Assembly: GCF_006345805.1 (NCBI RefSeq)
Contig: NC_042998.1
Span: 60,636,001-60,700,000, forward strand
DNA length: 64,000 nucleotides
Origin: Octopus sinensis
Taxonomy: Eukaryota
Reading direction: 5' to 3'
Shown in pieces: positions 39,551 through 52,159 of the stretch. Both the position numbers and the translations under genes were made by a program. The notes under the pieces are model-generated. The model saw only the letters and a list, made by a program, of their open reading frames with translations. It was not told where the DNA came from and ran no database searches. Positions within the stretch are counted from its first letter, which is position 1. Every line of letters starts with the position of its first letter.

Positions 39551-40140
39551 TGTGATGAGAGTCATGATGCCCCCTTGCAAGAAATAGACTGGACCAAGTG
39601 ATTATAAATTGTAGCAGTTGGAGTGAAGTCTTGTGTATTAGTTCGAGTTGAATTCACAGTGAAGTTAAATTGTGTCGGTTAGTTAGTTAATTTGGAATAC
39701 TGATTGTTGATTCATGAAGAGATTGTTGGAATTTTATGTTGTTATTACAACTGCATTGTTATCTTGCTTACAGTTACTACACTGGTACAGTACATCTAAA
39801 CCATCCGTCACAATACCATGGCAGTACCATGACATTGGAGACAGAGGATGCAATATCTAGCAACAAGAGTTTCAAAGCTCAGGTAGGTTATTTAACAATT
39901 TGTTCAGGATACAACTTGTTAAATGATGGAAGACCTATTAGCTTCTATAATACAGTTGCAAAAGCAACAACAACAGCAACAGAAGTTGCAGAAGCAACTA
40001 GCACAGCAACAACTACAACTATACACAAAGAAGTCTGAAAATGCAGTAAGTTTGTTTTTGCCAAACAGCATATTGAACTCCATAACAGAATTCAGTTATA
40101 ACCTAGAGGAGGGTATAACTTTTGCAGTGTACTACAGGTG
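39551..40140 (+). mobile_element. Ty3/Gypsy (Mag-like) LTR + PBS + gag N-terminus, truncated
   Basis: TG...CA segment 39551-39834, PBS-like TGGAGACAGAGGAT at 39836, ORF MEDLLASIIQLQKQQQ...NSITEFSYNLEEGITFAVYYRW. Confidence 0.7.
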
Positions 40141-40577
40141 GTGAGAGTACCATACGAGTGAGATCGTTGCCAGAGAGGCAAGCTGGCCTCCCTGCCAATG
40201 GCACGTTAAAAACACCATTCGAGTGTGATTGTTACCTGCATTGCCTTACCAGCACAAGTGATGGTGACACGTGAAAAAAAAAAATTCGAGCGAGGACATT
40301 GCCAGTGCCATTGAACTGATTCCTGTGCAGGTGGCACATAAAAAGCACCATTTGAACATGGCCGTTGCCAGTACCACCCGACTGGTCCTCGTGCTGGTGG
40401 CACGTAAAAGCACCCACTACACTCTCGGAGTGGTTGGTGCTAGGAAGGGCATCCAGCTGTAGAAACTCTGCCAGATCAGATTGGAGTCTGGTGCAGCCAT
40501 CTGGTTCGCCAGACATCAGTCAAATCGTCCAACCCATGCTAGCATGGAAAGTGGACGTTGAATGATGATGATGATAT
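40141..40577 (+). mobile_element. (GAT)n-tailed retroposon copy
   Basis: Tandem units, core and GATGATGAT tail. Confidence 0.8.
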
Positions 40578-43500
40578 AATGACTTCTTTCAGTTTCCGTC
40601 TGCCAAATCCACTCACAAAGCTTTTGTTGGCCTGGGGCTATAATAGAAGTCACTTGCCCAAGTGGGGCTGAACCTGGAACCATGTGGCCAGGAAACAAGC
40701 TTCTTTTCACACTGCCATGCCTGCACCTAGATTTTTCTTTATTTTCAAAATAAATTTAAACTGAGGTAGAGCATTCCAACGGAAATATGGTAACAAAAGG
40801 GGTTCTTGATTTCTAAATTCCTTAACAACTTTGTATTTTATTGTTTACTCCAAGTCAATCCTGATTAAGTAGACTTGTGATCAAAGACATTCCAACCATG
40901 ACTATCCTCCTGTCTTTTTTGGAGTATGTTAGATTGTATAATATATTGTGTCCTTTCATTATATTAGATAGTAAGATGGGATTTGAGAGATACGACTGCT
41001 GTTTCTAGCCGGTCATACAGCTATGTAGAGATTCTCCCATTGGCTTATTCCAACTCAATGGCTTTTAACTGCTCACATGGAAGCAGCAAATGTCATAGAG
41101 GCACTTTGAAGTGCACTGGGTATACAAAACATCCTGATTTTTCTTTGAAATAAAATATTTAAACTAGCTACAATACTTATATTTTAAACTGTTTCAAAAA
41201 GATTTTTCTTGAAATTAAAATACAGCTGAGACATTATGCAATCAATGAGCAGAAAATATGATTCATGATGCACCAACCTTCTGAAGTAACTTTTATAAAT
41301 TTATTATAGGGAACACTAATCCAAGCAAATTTCCAATAGTAGGCACATATTAGCCAGGATAATATAAGAGGATAATAAATCACTGCATAAAAATAAGCCT
41401 GTATTTGATTAAAATAATCTGCTGCTGTTTTTCTTCCCATCCACCTCAATGCATGGTGGGGGTGCATTTGTAAAATACTATTCAATGAAAGAAGGTGTTA
41501 AGTTACAAGGGTTGTGAACCATTGTTTCAACTGAACAGATTGATATTGTAGGTTAATTATGTCAATATCGCATTACCCCTACAAATCACTGTTGAAAAAC
41601 ACTAACATGGTGCAACTGAATACATTCATACATACATATATGTGTGTGTGTGTGCAAATATATATATATATACATGCATGCATACATACATATGTATATA
41701 TATGTGTGTGTATGCATGTATGTTTTAAATCACTTTTCTGTGGCAACACAACATCTAAAGATATGCAAAGAAAATGAAGTCACAAAACTACAGCATTCAA
41801 ATGACTCACTGCATTCTTCTGCATTTTAGTGTAAGGAGCAGGTTTGCTGCCCCCTTGTTCTTTATCCTCCTTGTCTGGTTGCTTTAAATTGAATAAACAA
41901 AATATAGAATAACCAATCCACCATTCAAAACAAAACAATTAATCTTATAATTTTTATATTGTATTGTTGTAGAATCTCTGTAGCTTTCAAAATTGAACAT
42001 TCAATGTTTACATTTTTACATTATGAGTATTTTGTAAATGAATTTATAATTCCAAGTCTTGCTGATGCAGACCACTACTATTGGAAGGTGATCTCAAGAT
42101 GCTGTGCTTACAGAAGAGATTGCCAGAGGACTGAGATAAATTGCAATTTGCTGTGCTCGAGAAGACCCATCCATCACAGCAAAAATGACCACTTGGTATG
42201 CTTGTATGTAGAGCTGTTCCCAAATTCCTCTCTCTCTCTCTCCTGTCAAACATCTTTCTCCACCAATTCTCATCCCCTAACACCTATCACTCCCTAATCT
42301 ATTGTACGACTTGACTGCTATACTCACCTGGGAGCAGAATTGGCACATATAACATCTATTTCATTCTGGTTACCTCCCTCCATCCCCTTCCCTGGGAACC
42401 AGTTCCATTCCTTGTTATCGTCCCTGCCCACACTATTTCCACCAGTCACCCACTTTCCATGCCTTCAGTCACTGTTGTCTCTCCCCTCTGTTATATTCCA
42501 TTCTAAATACCTCTCTTAACTTCTATCATTCTCAATGCCCTTTTACATCTACCACCATTCCCCACTTACTATAGCCCCTTACATACTTCTTTATTTCCCC
42601 TTCTCTACTGCTTCTACACCTTGCACATTGTCCCACTACTTTCTGGCCTATACTCTTTCCTGATCCGTTCCTATATCTCTTGATTAACCCCCATCCCAAC
42701 TCTATATTAGTATTTCCCATCAATTGCACCCCCACCCTTGTTCATCACTCACTATATTCATCTCCATCTTCATCTTTAATCATCTGTTACTCCATTCTCA
42801 TATCTTGTAAAACTGTCCACTCTTTCATCCCCTACCATGACTCACTGCCTGTATCCTCTCTTATGCTCATCCTGTTGTATCTTGGGAGTTTGCTCTAGCA
42901 CTCCTACACTTCCGTCTTTTTATCCCCTTCAGATATGTATCTCCTCTACAGCAAGACACCTGTACTTGTCCCTCTATCACACTTTAGCCTTTTAACACCA
43001 GGCCACAACCCTCTACCTTCCCATCTCAAATATTCCCCACTTAGTAGTGGGAGTATTCTTAAGCATTAAACAAAAAAAAATCTTGGCTTGTAATGCACAC
43101 AATGTATTGTAGTGTATCCAATGAGCTTATTATTATTAGTTCTTTTTTTTAAAAAAAAAGACTGAAATTATACTGACAAATTCATGCTTGTGGTGTGCTC
43201 TTGTGGCCAGCTGTTGTAAGGAAGACAATTGCAAAAGTAATTACAAAACCTACATCAAATCAGGCAAGATTAGAAGTTTGGATTTTAAATCAAAGAGCAA
43301 GGAAGAAGGGGCACAGAATATTAACATTTAATATTTCCTTTTTCTTACACTTGATCAAGCTCTTAAAATTTCCAATCATAGGTGGTCATATATAGCATTA
43401 TTTCATCCTTATTTGAAATTGTCAGCATGGCATATCTCAAGGCAAATAAATTACACATAATTAAACATTTGACAAAGATAAACATTTCTTATAGAGACAA

Positions 43501-43764
43501 AATGATTTACAGTTTAAAAGAAATTCATGGGATGCATATGGCTTTTTTTTTCTTTTTCCTTGTCTATTTTTTCTTCTTCATCATAGATCAGTATAGAAAA
43601 ATCTAGGCTCAAAAACCTACATCAATAACAATTGAATGATTTAATGATATTCTAATTGAGATTTCAATAAATTATAAAGGTGTGTAGTGAGATGAAGCCC
43701 AAAATGATAGTGGGTGGTGTGTGCCACACAGAGGGAATGATATACTGTGCTTGAGAACACCTGT

Positions 43765-44011
43765 CAAACCAAGTGAGATCATATTCATGGCCAATTCTTG
43801 TGTTTTGTAACTGGCACCTGTGCCAATGGCACGTAAAAAGGCACCCACTACACTCTTAGAGTGGTTGGCATTAGGAAGGCTATCCAGCTGTAGAAACGAT
43901 GCCAAATCAAATTGGAACCTGGTGCAGCTCCCCAGCTTACCAATTTTCAGTTAAAGCATCCAACTCATGCCAGCATGGAAAACAGATGTTAAATGATGAT
44001 GATGATGATGA

Positions 44012-44013
<2 letters not shown>
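43765..44013 (+). mobile_element. (GAT)n-tailed retroposon copy
   Basis: Core plus (GAT)n tail running into (TA)n(CA)n. Confidence 0.78.
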
Positions 44014-44070
<57 letters not shown>

Positions 44071-44409
44071 TGCATACATACATACACACCTAAAACCATG
44101 CTAATAGCTTAAGAGAGAAATTTAGGATATCTTGGTTTTCTGTGAATTGATTTTCATAAAACTCTTCCCAGCTGGTTTGTACACTATGGCAACACTGTTG
44201 TTATGTTTTCATTATTCTGTGTAACATTCTTTCTTTTTTATTTCAGATTTTTCAGTTTCTGGGTGAACCACACTGATAGCTTTTGAATGAAAATAGCCCA
44301 TCTAGGCATTTCTTGTTCAGAAAATGAAGAGTAATGATACATATTAAGCATACTTTGAGTATATATTTAACAGAAAATCATAATAATATTATAACATTTA
44401 TTGACATAA

Positions 44410-45065
44410 TGAATTATTTGGCCACATGAGCACCATTTCGATGCTTAACTTCGAAAACCCTATTAGTCATGGAATCTGTCAATTTCTTAATAGAAGCAGG
44501 TTAGACTACCTCTGCTGCAGCTTTGATGGTTGCCCATAAGATATCTTTCAACATAAATTGGCATCCATTGGCATAAACATCTTGTTTAATGATGGACCAA
44601 AGATTTTCAATTGGGCTGAGATCCAGAGGTACTGGTGGCCACACCACCAACCTTTCACCTTCTATGCTGTAAGACCCTAGTAATGTTTGGGTAGTCCTAG
44701 CAGGGTGGGAGCAAGCGTTTTCATGCATGAATACGAGATTCCTTAGAAGTAATAGCAGTATGTCATCAAGCCAAGGATTCAAGACCTCTTTCAGGAGATT
44801 GCAGTAGGTGGCTGTGGTCACTTTAACCCCTTCAGGCACTCTGACTGGGTCAACAAGTCTGTCCCCAATGCTACCAGCCCACAACAGGACTCCTCCACCC
44901 TGTTGTTGTCATTGTAATTGTTAGTGACACTCATCTCCAAAATAGACCCAACCATGTGCCCAAAAGTCAGGTCTGTCAAGGGTCATTCTGGTTTTGTCAG
45001 TGAACAGAACACAGCTAATTAATGTCTAATGAGAAATCCTAAATTTCACTCCTAAGCTATTAGCA
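44410..45065 (-). mobile_element. Tc1-family DD37E transposase relic, 3' half
   Basis: LFTDKTR...GGVLLWAG...FMHENACSH...WPPVPLDLSPIENLW; 37 residues between the second D position (here E) and the catalytic E. Confidence 0.85.
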
Positions 45066-45096
45066 TGGTTCTGTGTGTGTGTGTGTGTGCGTGTAT

Positions 45097-45127
<31 letters not shown>

Positions 45128-45451
45128 CTGTTGTGTCTGGGGAGAGTCATTTTCTTTTTGTGCCTTATAATTTAAAACACTCACCAGTAAAATTTCCACA
45201 ATTTCTTATTTTTATTTTCCTAAAATTTTCGTTGCGTCTTGCAGCCTTTGCAAGAGTCAAGACTACTGAAAAGGTTGCAAGATGCAATGAAAATTTTAGG
45301 AAAATAAAAATAAGAAATTGTGGAAATTTTACCGGTGAGTGTGTTAAATTATAAGGCACAAAAAGAAAATGACTCTCCCCAGACACAACAGAATATGCTT
45401 CAACACACGAACTCATATAAAGAAACTTGCAAACCAAATCCAAAAACGAAA
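45128..45451. mobile_element. Asymmetric foldback element, copy 1 (264-bp palindrome + ~60-bp tail)
   Basis: ~120-bp arms with about 5 mismatches; flanked by TA repeats. Confidence 0.85.
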
Positions 45452-45519
45452 TATATATATATATTTATAGTGTTCATTGTGTTCATTATATATATATATA
45501 CATACTCATATGTATATGC

Positions 45520-45633
<114 letters not shown>

Positions 45634-45759
45634 AAGGTTAAGAAAGTTATATCCCTGGACTTCCTGAAATGAAACAAAACATTTCAACTTTGGATAGAAG
45701 AGGAAAAAAGTGAAATAATGCATAAGTAGATATAAAATGAGAATATAAAGATGTGCTTT

Positions 45760-46560
45760 AATTACTGGAATGCATAAAAACTATTGAAAGTAATATATTG
45801 AAAGTGACTGTACACCGACATGTCATCACCAAAAGATGGTGTAAGAAAGGAAATTATGATGTTGATACTGAGGAGGATAATGTTTAGATGAAAGAAGAAG
45901 AGTTGGGGGAAGAAGGTGTAGATGGAAAGAGAAAAGCAGGAACATGTATGTATGTGAGAGACAGAGGGGAAGGAGAAGGTAAAGTTAACACAAGTGAGGG
46001 AGAGGAGGAGAAGGAGATGAAGAAATGAAACAAGAAATAAGGCAAATACATGAAAAGAAGGAAAGGGAGGCAAGGAAAAAGAAAAAAAGAAGAATGAGAG
46101 AGAGGGAAGGAAAAAATAAAATAAGTATAAAGAAAAGAGGAAAGTAGAGACAAGTAGGAAAGACAATGAACAAGAATGAAAATGGAAGAGGAAGTGAAAT
46201 GTGAATAAGGAAAGAAGAGTAAAACATGTGTGAAGAAAGAAGAAAGGAAGATGATGAGTAAACAGTATAAGAGGGGATGGAAGGAAAAGTGTGAGGAAGA
46301 GGAAACATGTGGGAAGGTGAGAAAGAGATGAATGTAGTGGGAGAAAGAAGAAGGGATGAGGCAAAAAAAAATGAAGAAAGAACAAGATGTAGAGGAGAAA
46401 GAAGGAGCATAGGAAAACACAGACAACAGTTATGATGATGATGACAATGATTGTAACAGTGAAGATGAGGAGAGAGAGAGAGAGAGAAAGAGTCACAATG
46501 GAACAACAAAAATAACAGTAAAAATAAGGAATGAAAGAAAGGAAGAATATCAAGAAAGAA
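45760..46560. repeat. ~800-bp purine-rich (GA) low-complexity tract
   Basis: Gives three spurious F/S/L-rich minus-strand ORFs. Confidence 0.85.
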
Positions 46561-47313
46561 AATGGATATCTATCATCCTAAAACAGAAGTTCGTATAACT
46601 ACTGAAATAAACTGTTGTATCCCAAATAGAAAATACTACAGTATGTTAAATGTCTGAGAGGAATTGTTTTTAATGAGACTATTAACCTCATCTTCAGAGA
46701 TGAAATAACTTTTCTCACTCTTTACATCTGAACCATAGTCAGAAATGTAGATATAAATACAATGAAAATCATTAATTATAATCCTGAATAATGCCTTCAT
46801 ACAGTTAATGCAATCAAAATGTGTAGGTTGCAAACTTGCTCAAAATATTGTATTTTCCGTTTAATGTTAGTAAGTCTGTTGTTATCCAAATGGCTGTCTC
46901 AAATTGATCACAATAAGTAACTTCCAATGTAGTGAAAAACAATCTTTCATCTCTGAAGAAAGATGAGATTAATAGTCCAAAAACTTATAATTTTACTATG
47001 ATATATCTATCATACTAAAGAACTGTTCATGCAAAATTAAAAGACTAGTCTACAGGGTGAATTTGGTCTACCTGCTTGTCCTTGGCACCAAAGAGTGTAT
47101 TGCTGATCTGTAAAAGATGACAGTCACTTTGAAGAGACATAAAGTTTTCAAAGTTTTAAACTGATTTTTTTTTTTTATGTTGGCTTGAGAGTCCATAAGA
47201 GAATGATGATATGGTCACTTATATCATCCCCAGTATTTGCCTTATACATTATTTTATTGACCCCAGAAAGATGAAACACGAATTCAACCTTGACAAGATT
47301 TGAATTTAGAACT

Positions 47314-47899
47314 AAACCTTGTTTATGCCAAACCACCTAAAACCACCCCTATTTATACAATAGAAACTTCTTGCTTTAAAATGATCTATTAAAACCTTTC
47401 TCCAAACTTTTATGTTCATTTATGTTCCAAACACCATTTTAATAATGAAGGTTATTTTAATAAATTCTTCAAAATTTTCCAACAAAACTGAAACACTGGT
47501 ATTGTAATTCAACAGAAATTTGGTAATAGAAGGTTAATGTATCCAAATTAAAACTTTTTCAGTCAAAATTTTATGTTAATCTATGTTCATTATTTATAGT
47601 GTTCATTATGTTCATAATTTATATCATTATTAAGCACCAGCTTAATAATGACAAAATTATTTCACTATGCTCTTCATCATTTTCAAAATTAATTAAAACA
47701 AATGCAATATATTTCCACAGGAGTAGGGTAATGAAAGGATTAAAGTATCTGAATTAAACTTTCTTCTATCAAAATTTAATGGTAATGTATGTTCAAAACA
47801 CCATTTTAATAATGACTTATTTTACTAAATTTTTCATGATCTTCAAAATTATTTGAAACAAAGGCAATGTATTACAACAGAAATATGGTAATATAAGGG
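47314..47899. repeat. Three ~180-bp tandem units ending AAGGG|TTAA (probable TTAA-type MITE)
   Basis: Repeated ...TTTTATGTT(A/C)AT(T/C)TATGTTC..AACACCATTTTAATAATGA at ~47410, ~47570 and ~47785. Confidence 0.6.
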
Positions 47900-48132
47900 T
47901 TAAATTAACACTTTCTTCCATCAAAACAAAAGGGTTTACTAGTTGTAACTGACTACCACAGGGTATTCGCTGCTCTACTTATTCTGCCATTTATCCATTG
48001 TTCTTAATGTTTAGTGACATTGAACCAGCGACCATGAAATATCTGAAATGGATTGAGTTTTAGTTATATTTCTTCCTTTAAAACCCTTGCAGATGGAAAA
48101 ATACATAATAATCCAGCAATAAATTTAACTTA

Positions 48133-48133
48133 T

Positions 48134-48166
<33 letters not shown>

Positions 48167-48180
48167 ATAGTAGTAGTACA
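48133..48180. repeat. (AGT)n trinucleotide repeat (representative)
   Basis: Also (TTA)n at ~38190-38240, (GTT)n at ~59010-59070 and (AAT)n at ~35227-35256. Confidence 0.95.
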
Positions 48181-49193
48181 TAAGGATGATGATAGTGATG
48201 ATTATAAGGACAATGTTGATGAGGGGAATAGTGGTTTGTTTCTGCTTTGTTTTGTTTTTTCCTTTTCTTTGTTGTTGCTTTAAAATGCAATTTTTTAAAA
48301 AATCTGACATCATCACCATCGTTGTAATCACCACTACTGTTATCACCATCACCACCACCACCATAACTGTCATCATTGTCAACATCATGTTAGAATCAGA
48401 ACTAGGTGAGTCAATAATATGTCGGATTAAAGACTGTTAATGAGGTGTAATCCAGTAACCATCATTGCATTGTATTTATAATTGAGATACTAACCAGTCA
48501 CTAGTCCAGTTCAGGAAGCTACCAATTTAAGAGATGAGAGAAGGATGTAACACATGGGCAAGAAATTTTGATTGGAGATTTGTATGTCAGACATGATTAA
48601 AAGCTTTGATGATCTTTTGAATAATGACATTGCTTTTGATGAAAACACTGTCACTCACATGTCAGTGGATTGTCACTAATGCAAGAGCATTAGTAGTGAT
48701 ATTCGAAAGTAGTTCTCCAGTAGATATGGCTGTGCAGAAGCTGACTGGTGGTCAATCAGGCAATGGTGGGGAGGGACATGGGAGAGAGACAGACAGACAG
48801 AGACAGAAATTCATGGTGTTGGAAAATGTCATTGACTAGTTTAAGTGCTAGGGGATTAAAGATAATTGAATAAATATTAATTTTTGATATAGGTTACATG
48901 GCTATATATTTTGTTGCAGAGATATAGGTAACAGAATTGGTGACAATATTTGATTGGTATTTTATTTTCTTGACTGTCCAATGATGAAACACATACTGAC
49001 CTTAAATGGATTTGAACTCAGGAGGTAAATAATGTAAGTAAATTAATAGCATAAAGATAGACAAAAAAACATGAAAAGAAAAAGGAACAGATGCAACTGA
49101 TGAATGTTCAAGAAGCTGGAAGTCATGAGGCTTGATAACACACATTGTTTTATATGATGATACAAACCATTTTAAAACATAACAGCAAATATG

Positions 49194-49251
<58 letters not shown>

Positions 49252-49407
49252 AAAACAGAAAGACATCCCAGTCTTTGTCAAAAAAAAAAGGATCATTTGA
49301 AAAGCTATTCAACTCATACCAGCAGAGGAATATATTTAGGATGGTATTAAGTAGGAAGAAAATATATAAACCAAATACATTTATAATATACAGTAGTTAA
49401 TACTCAC

Positions 49408-49459
49408 TTTTGGTAGCTTTCTTAGGTTTGGGGATAGTTTTAGACAGGTCACATCACCC
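49408..49459 (-). CDS. DNAI1: DNAI1 small exon (GDVTCLKLSPNLRKLPK)
   Basis: 52 nt, TTTTTAG acceptor, GTGAGT donor; LKLSPNLRK is invariant in DNAI1. Confidence 0.93.
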
Positions 49460-50285
49460 CTAAAAATAGAATACTCACTTTAACAAGAATAAAAAATAAG
49501 AGGAATCTTTTTTTTTTTAATATGAAAAACAAAAATCCATACAAAGATGTATAAAAAATTCAGGAGGTAATTGATAATATGCATTTTTTTCACTGAGTTT
49601 GTATCAAAACTCTAAATAACTAACATTATTATGAAGTCTTGATGATTAATATATATATCATCTTACTCAGTTTGTGCAGAAGCAAAACGATCAAATAAAT
49701 GTCTGCCTTGAGCTTATTAGACACATGAGACCGAAACCAATCTGGATTTTCAAGATAGGTTGAGAATACAAGATTTACCTCTAAATGAAATGCAAGTCTA
49801 CCAAGTGCAACTGGTACTCATTTTTAGCTGAGTGTATTAGAACAACAAGAACTGAAGTTGTTTGAGGACACAACATGCTACTTGGTTCAAGAACTGAATC
49901 AACAATTTAGCAATTATGAGCCAAACACTCCAATCATTAGTTCACAAATGGATACAATAATGAGTGAAAATCAACAGCTAATATATTATTGTTTAGATTC
50001 AGGTCAGCTCTGTTGAATAGTCCTATGATCAAAAGCAGTGGCATGGCAATCCTCTTTGTCAGACTTAAATTATGCAATGTGTCCTTCCTTTTTAAAGACA
50101 ACAGTATATGATTAAAGCAAAAAATTGCTGTTATATCTTCTAGTGGGTTAATCAATCTTGTAGATGCTGCCTTATAAGCTTGCAAGTGTTTTGCTATATC
50201 TCAAAGCAGATCATTTACTTTATGGGAATAGATCTTAAATTTTCTATTGAGAGAATAGATATCATTATATTGTTTATCAACATAC

Positions 50286-50419
50286 CTGTCATCACCGACA
50301 ATGATTACAGGGTCCTCATTATTGAAAGCAATATGAGTTAGTTTAGTCCTTTTTTTCTGTACTATGACTTGACTACACAAATGGTCATATTTGTTCAAAC
50401 TCAAGTCATAAACAAAAAC
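50286..50419 (-). CDS. DNAI1: DNAI1 exon (VFVYDLSLNKYDHLCSQVIVQKKRTKLTHIAFNNEDPVIIVGDDR)
   Basis: 134 nt, TTGTAG acceptor, GTATGT donor, phase 0-2. Confidence 0.95.
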
Positions 50420-50587
50420 CTACAATTAAAAAAGAAATCATGCATTTGTAAACATTGAATCTCCACTACAATTATACAGAAAGAATATTTCATTTTTGTT
50501 GTTTTTGTATTTGGTTTGCAAGATTCTAGATGTGAACCCATGTGTTGAAACAGATTTTGTTGTACTGAGAGAGTCATTATGCAGTGT

Positions 50588-50856
50588 TCTGTTGTGTCTG
50601 GGGAGAGTCATTTTCTTTTTGTGCCTTATAATTTAACATACTTACTGGTAAAATTTCCACTTAGAGACTATTGAAAAGGTTGCAAGAATCAGCGAAAATT
50701 TTAGGAAAATAAAAATAAGAAATAAGTGGAAATTTTACCCGTGAGTATGTTAAATTATAAGGCACAAAAAGAAAATGACTCTCCCCAGACACAACAGAAT
50801 ATGCTTCAACACACGAACTCATATAAAGAATCTTGCAAACCAAATCCCAAAACAAA
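50588..50856. mobile_element. Asymmetric foldback element, copy 2, with 12-bp flanking direct repeat
   Basis: Same ends as copy 1; ATTATGCAGTGT at 50576-50587 and 50857-50868. Confidence 0.85.
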
Positions 50857-50884
50857 ATTATGCAGTGTGTTATCTGTCATAACC

Positions 50885-51217
50885 ATACACACTGGTTCTA
50901 TTTTACTTCTTTCATTACTATTATTAGTCAACTAGTTAACCATTTAGCCAGTTAATCGATTGTTTGGTTAAGCTTTTGGTCAATAAATCAATCAGTTAGG
51001 TTTGTCAAAGTCCTTTCATCACCATTTGCAACCTCACCAATGACATGCCCTCTCTATTCCATAGTTGTTGAGATCATTAATGTCAACAAAAGAACTCTGA
51101 TATCCCTAGCTGATTGACAGAACAATACTCAGACAATCAATTAGTTAATTGGTTACATGGTTAACTAGTTGATTAATAATAATAAAAGAAGTGAAATAGA
51201 ACCAGTGTATGTGTATG
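50885..51217. repeat. Inverted repeat, ~80-bp arms and ~170-bp spacer
   Basis: CACACTGGTTCTATTTTACTTCTTT...GTCAACTAGTTAACCAT vs ATGGTTAACTAGTTGATT...AAAAGAAGTGAAATAGAACCAGTGT. Confidence 0.8.
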
Positions 51218-51714
51218 CTTATTATTGGCATATTGGCCCTTCTGAGGTACAACAAAATATTTATATTTGCTCACCTAAATATCAGGACTCAATTTATTGA
51301 GGCTGTCCCATTTTGAGGAACAGAGTAACTCAAATATGTTAATTTGCTTTGTGTTCAGATTTGTGGCTATTGTAGTTTAACCTCAGGTCAGGTCATGTAG
51401 ACCTATGACTTAGCCATAACCAACTCATCCATTTCTCAGACATTAATTATCTTAGAAGCCTACATTATCATATGTGCTCCTCATTCAAAATAATAGGGTG
51501 ATATTTGAAGGAAATTTAGCAACTATTTCTAATTGGGCAAACAACTACGTTGGAGCTCCCTAGTTGGCCCATCAAATTGTGGTAGATTTGGTCGAAAACA
51601 CTGCTATTCTAAGTTGTGCATATCTGTATTACATATACCCATTTTATAAACAGTGCACAAAAGAAACTAATGGAGGTACAAAAGTTTATTCAGCTAAAAT
51701 AAAAAGGGCAATGA

Positions 51715-51982
51715 CCCCCTTCAGTCATGAATGACCATGGGATTGCACCTAGGAAGTTCCCTGCCAAGGCACAAGTCTGGGCAAGGTTGTTTGTGGAAGA
51801 CCAGCAGTTGCCCATGCATACCAGCCTCCCCTCTCCACACCACCAATGTTATCCAAAGGAAAGACAAAGGCCGATACAGCTTGGTACCTGTGACGTCGCA
51901 ACTCATTTCTACAGCTGAGTGAACAGGAGCAATGTGAAATAAAGTGTCTTGCTCAAGAACATAACACATAGCCCAGTCCATG
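51715..51982 (-). mobile_element. SINE with CORE/V-like central motif
   Basis: On -: CTTGAGCAAGACACTTTATTTCACATTGCTCCTGTTCACTCAGCTGTAGAAATGAG. Confidence 0.65.
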
Positions 51983-52159
51983 TAGAAATTAATAACTATA
52001 TTAATTATATATTCAATTCCCGCATATTTTTGTCACAGGATGATACTTATTGTTTCAGATTTTTTAGAATAAGACCCTGAGAGTAAAACAGAACAAGAAG
52101 GAAGCTATAAAGATTGTTCTAAAAATAAAATGTTCCAATCTAGATTTTATAATTCGTGG

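Noticed and set aside
41234-41485. 83-aa hydrophobic ORF nested in the DNAI1 intron
   Set aside because: No recognisable family and no clear ATG or splice context; expected by chance in AT-rich DNA.
45762-46553. 263-aa, 180-aa and 174-aa minus-strand ORFs
   Set aside because: Products of a GA-rich low-complexity tract; F/S/L-biased, open in all three frames, no motifs.
46636-48760. Candidate DNAI1 terminal exons (46636-46730, 47040-47110, 48660-48730)
   Set aside because: No similarity to the DNAI1 C-terminus, or wrong phase; the exon at 36169-36267 fits.
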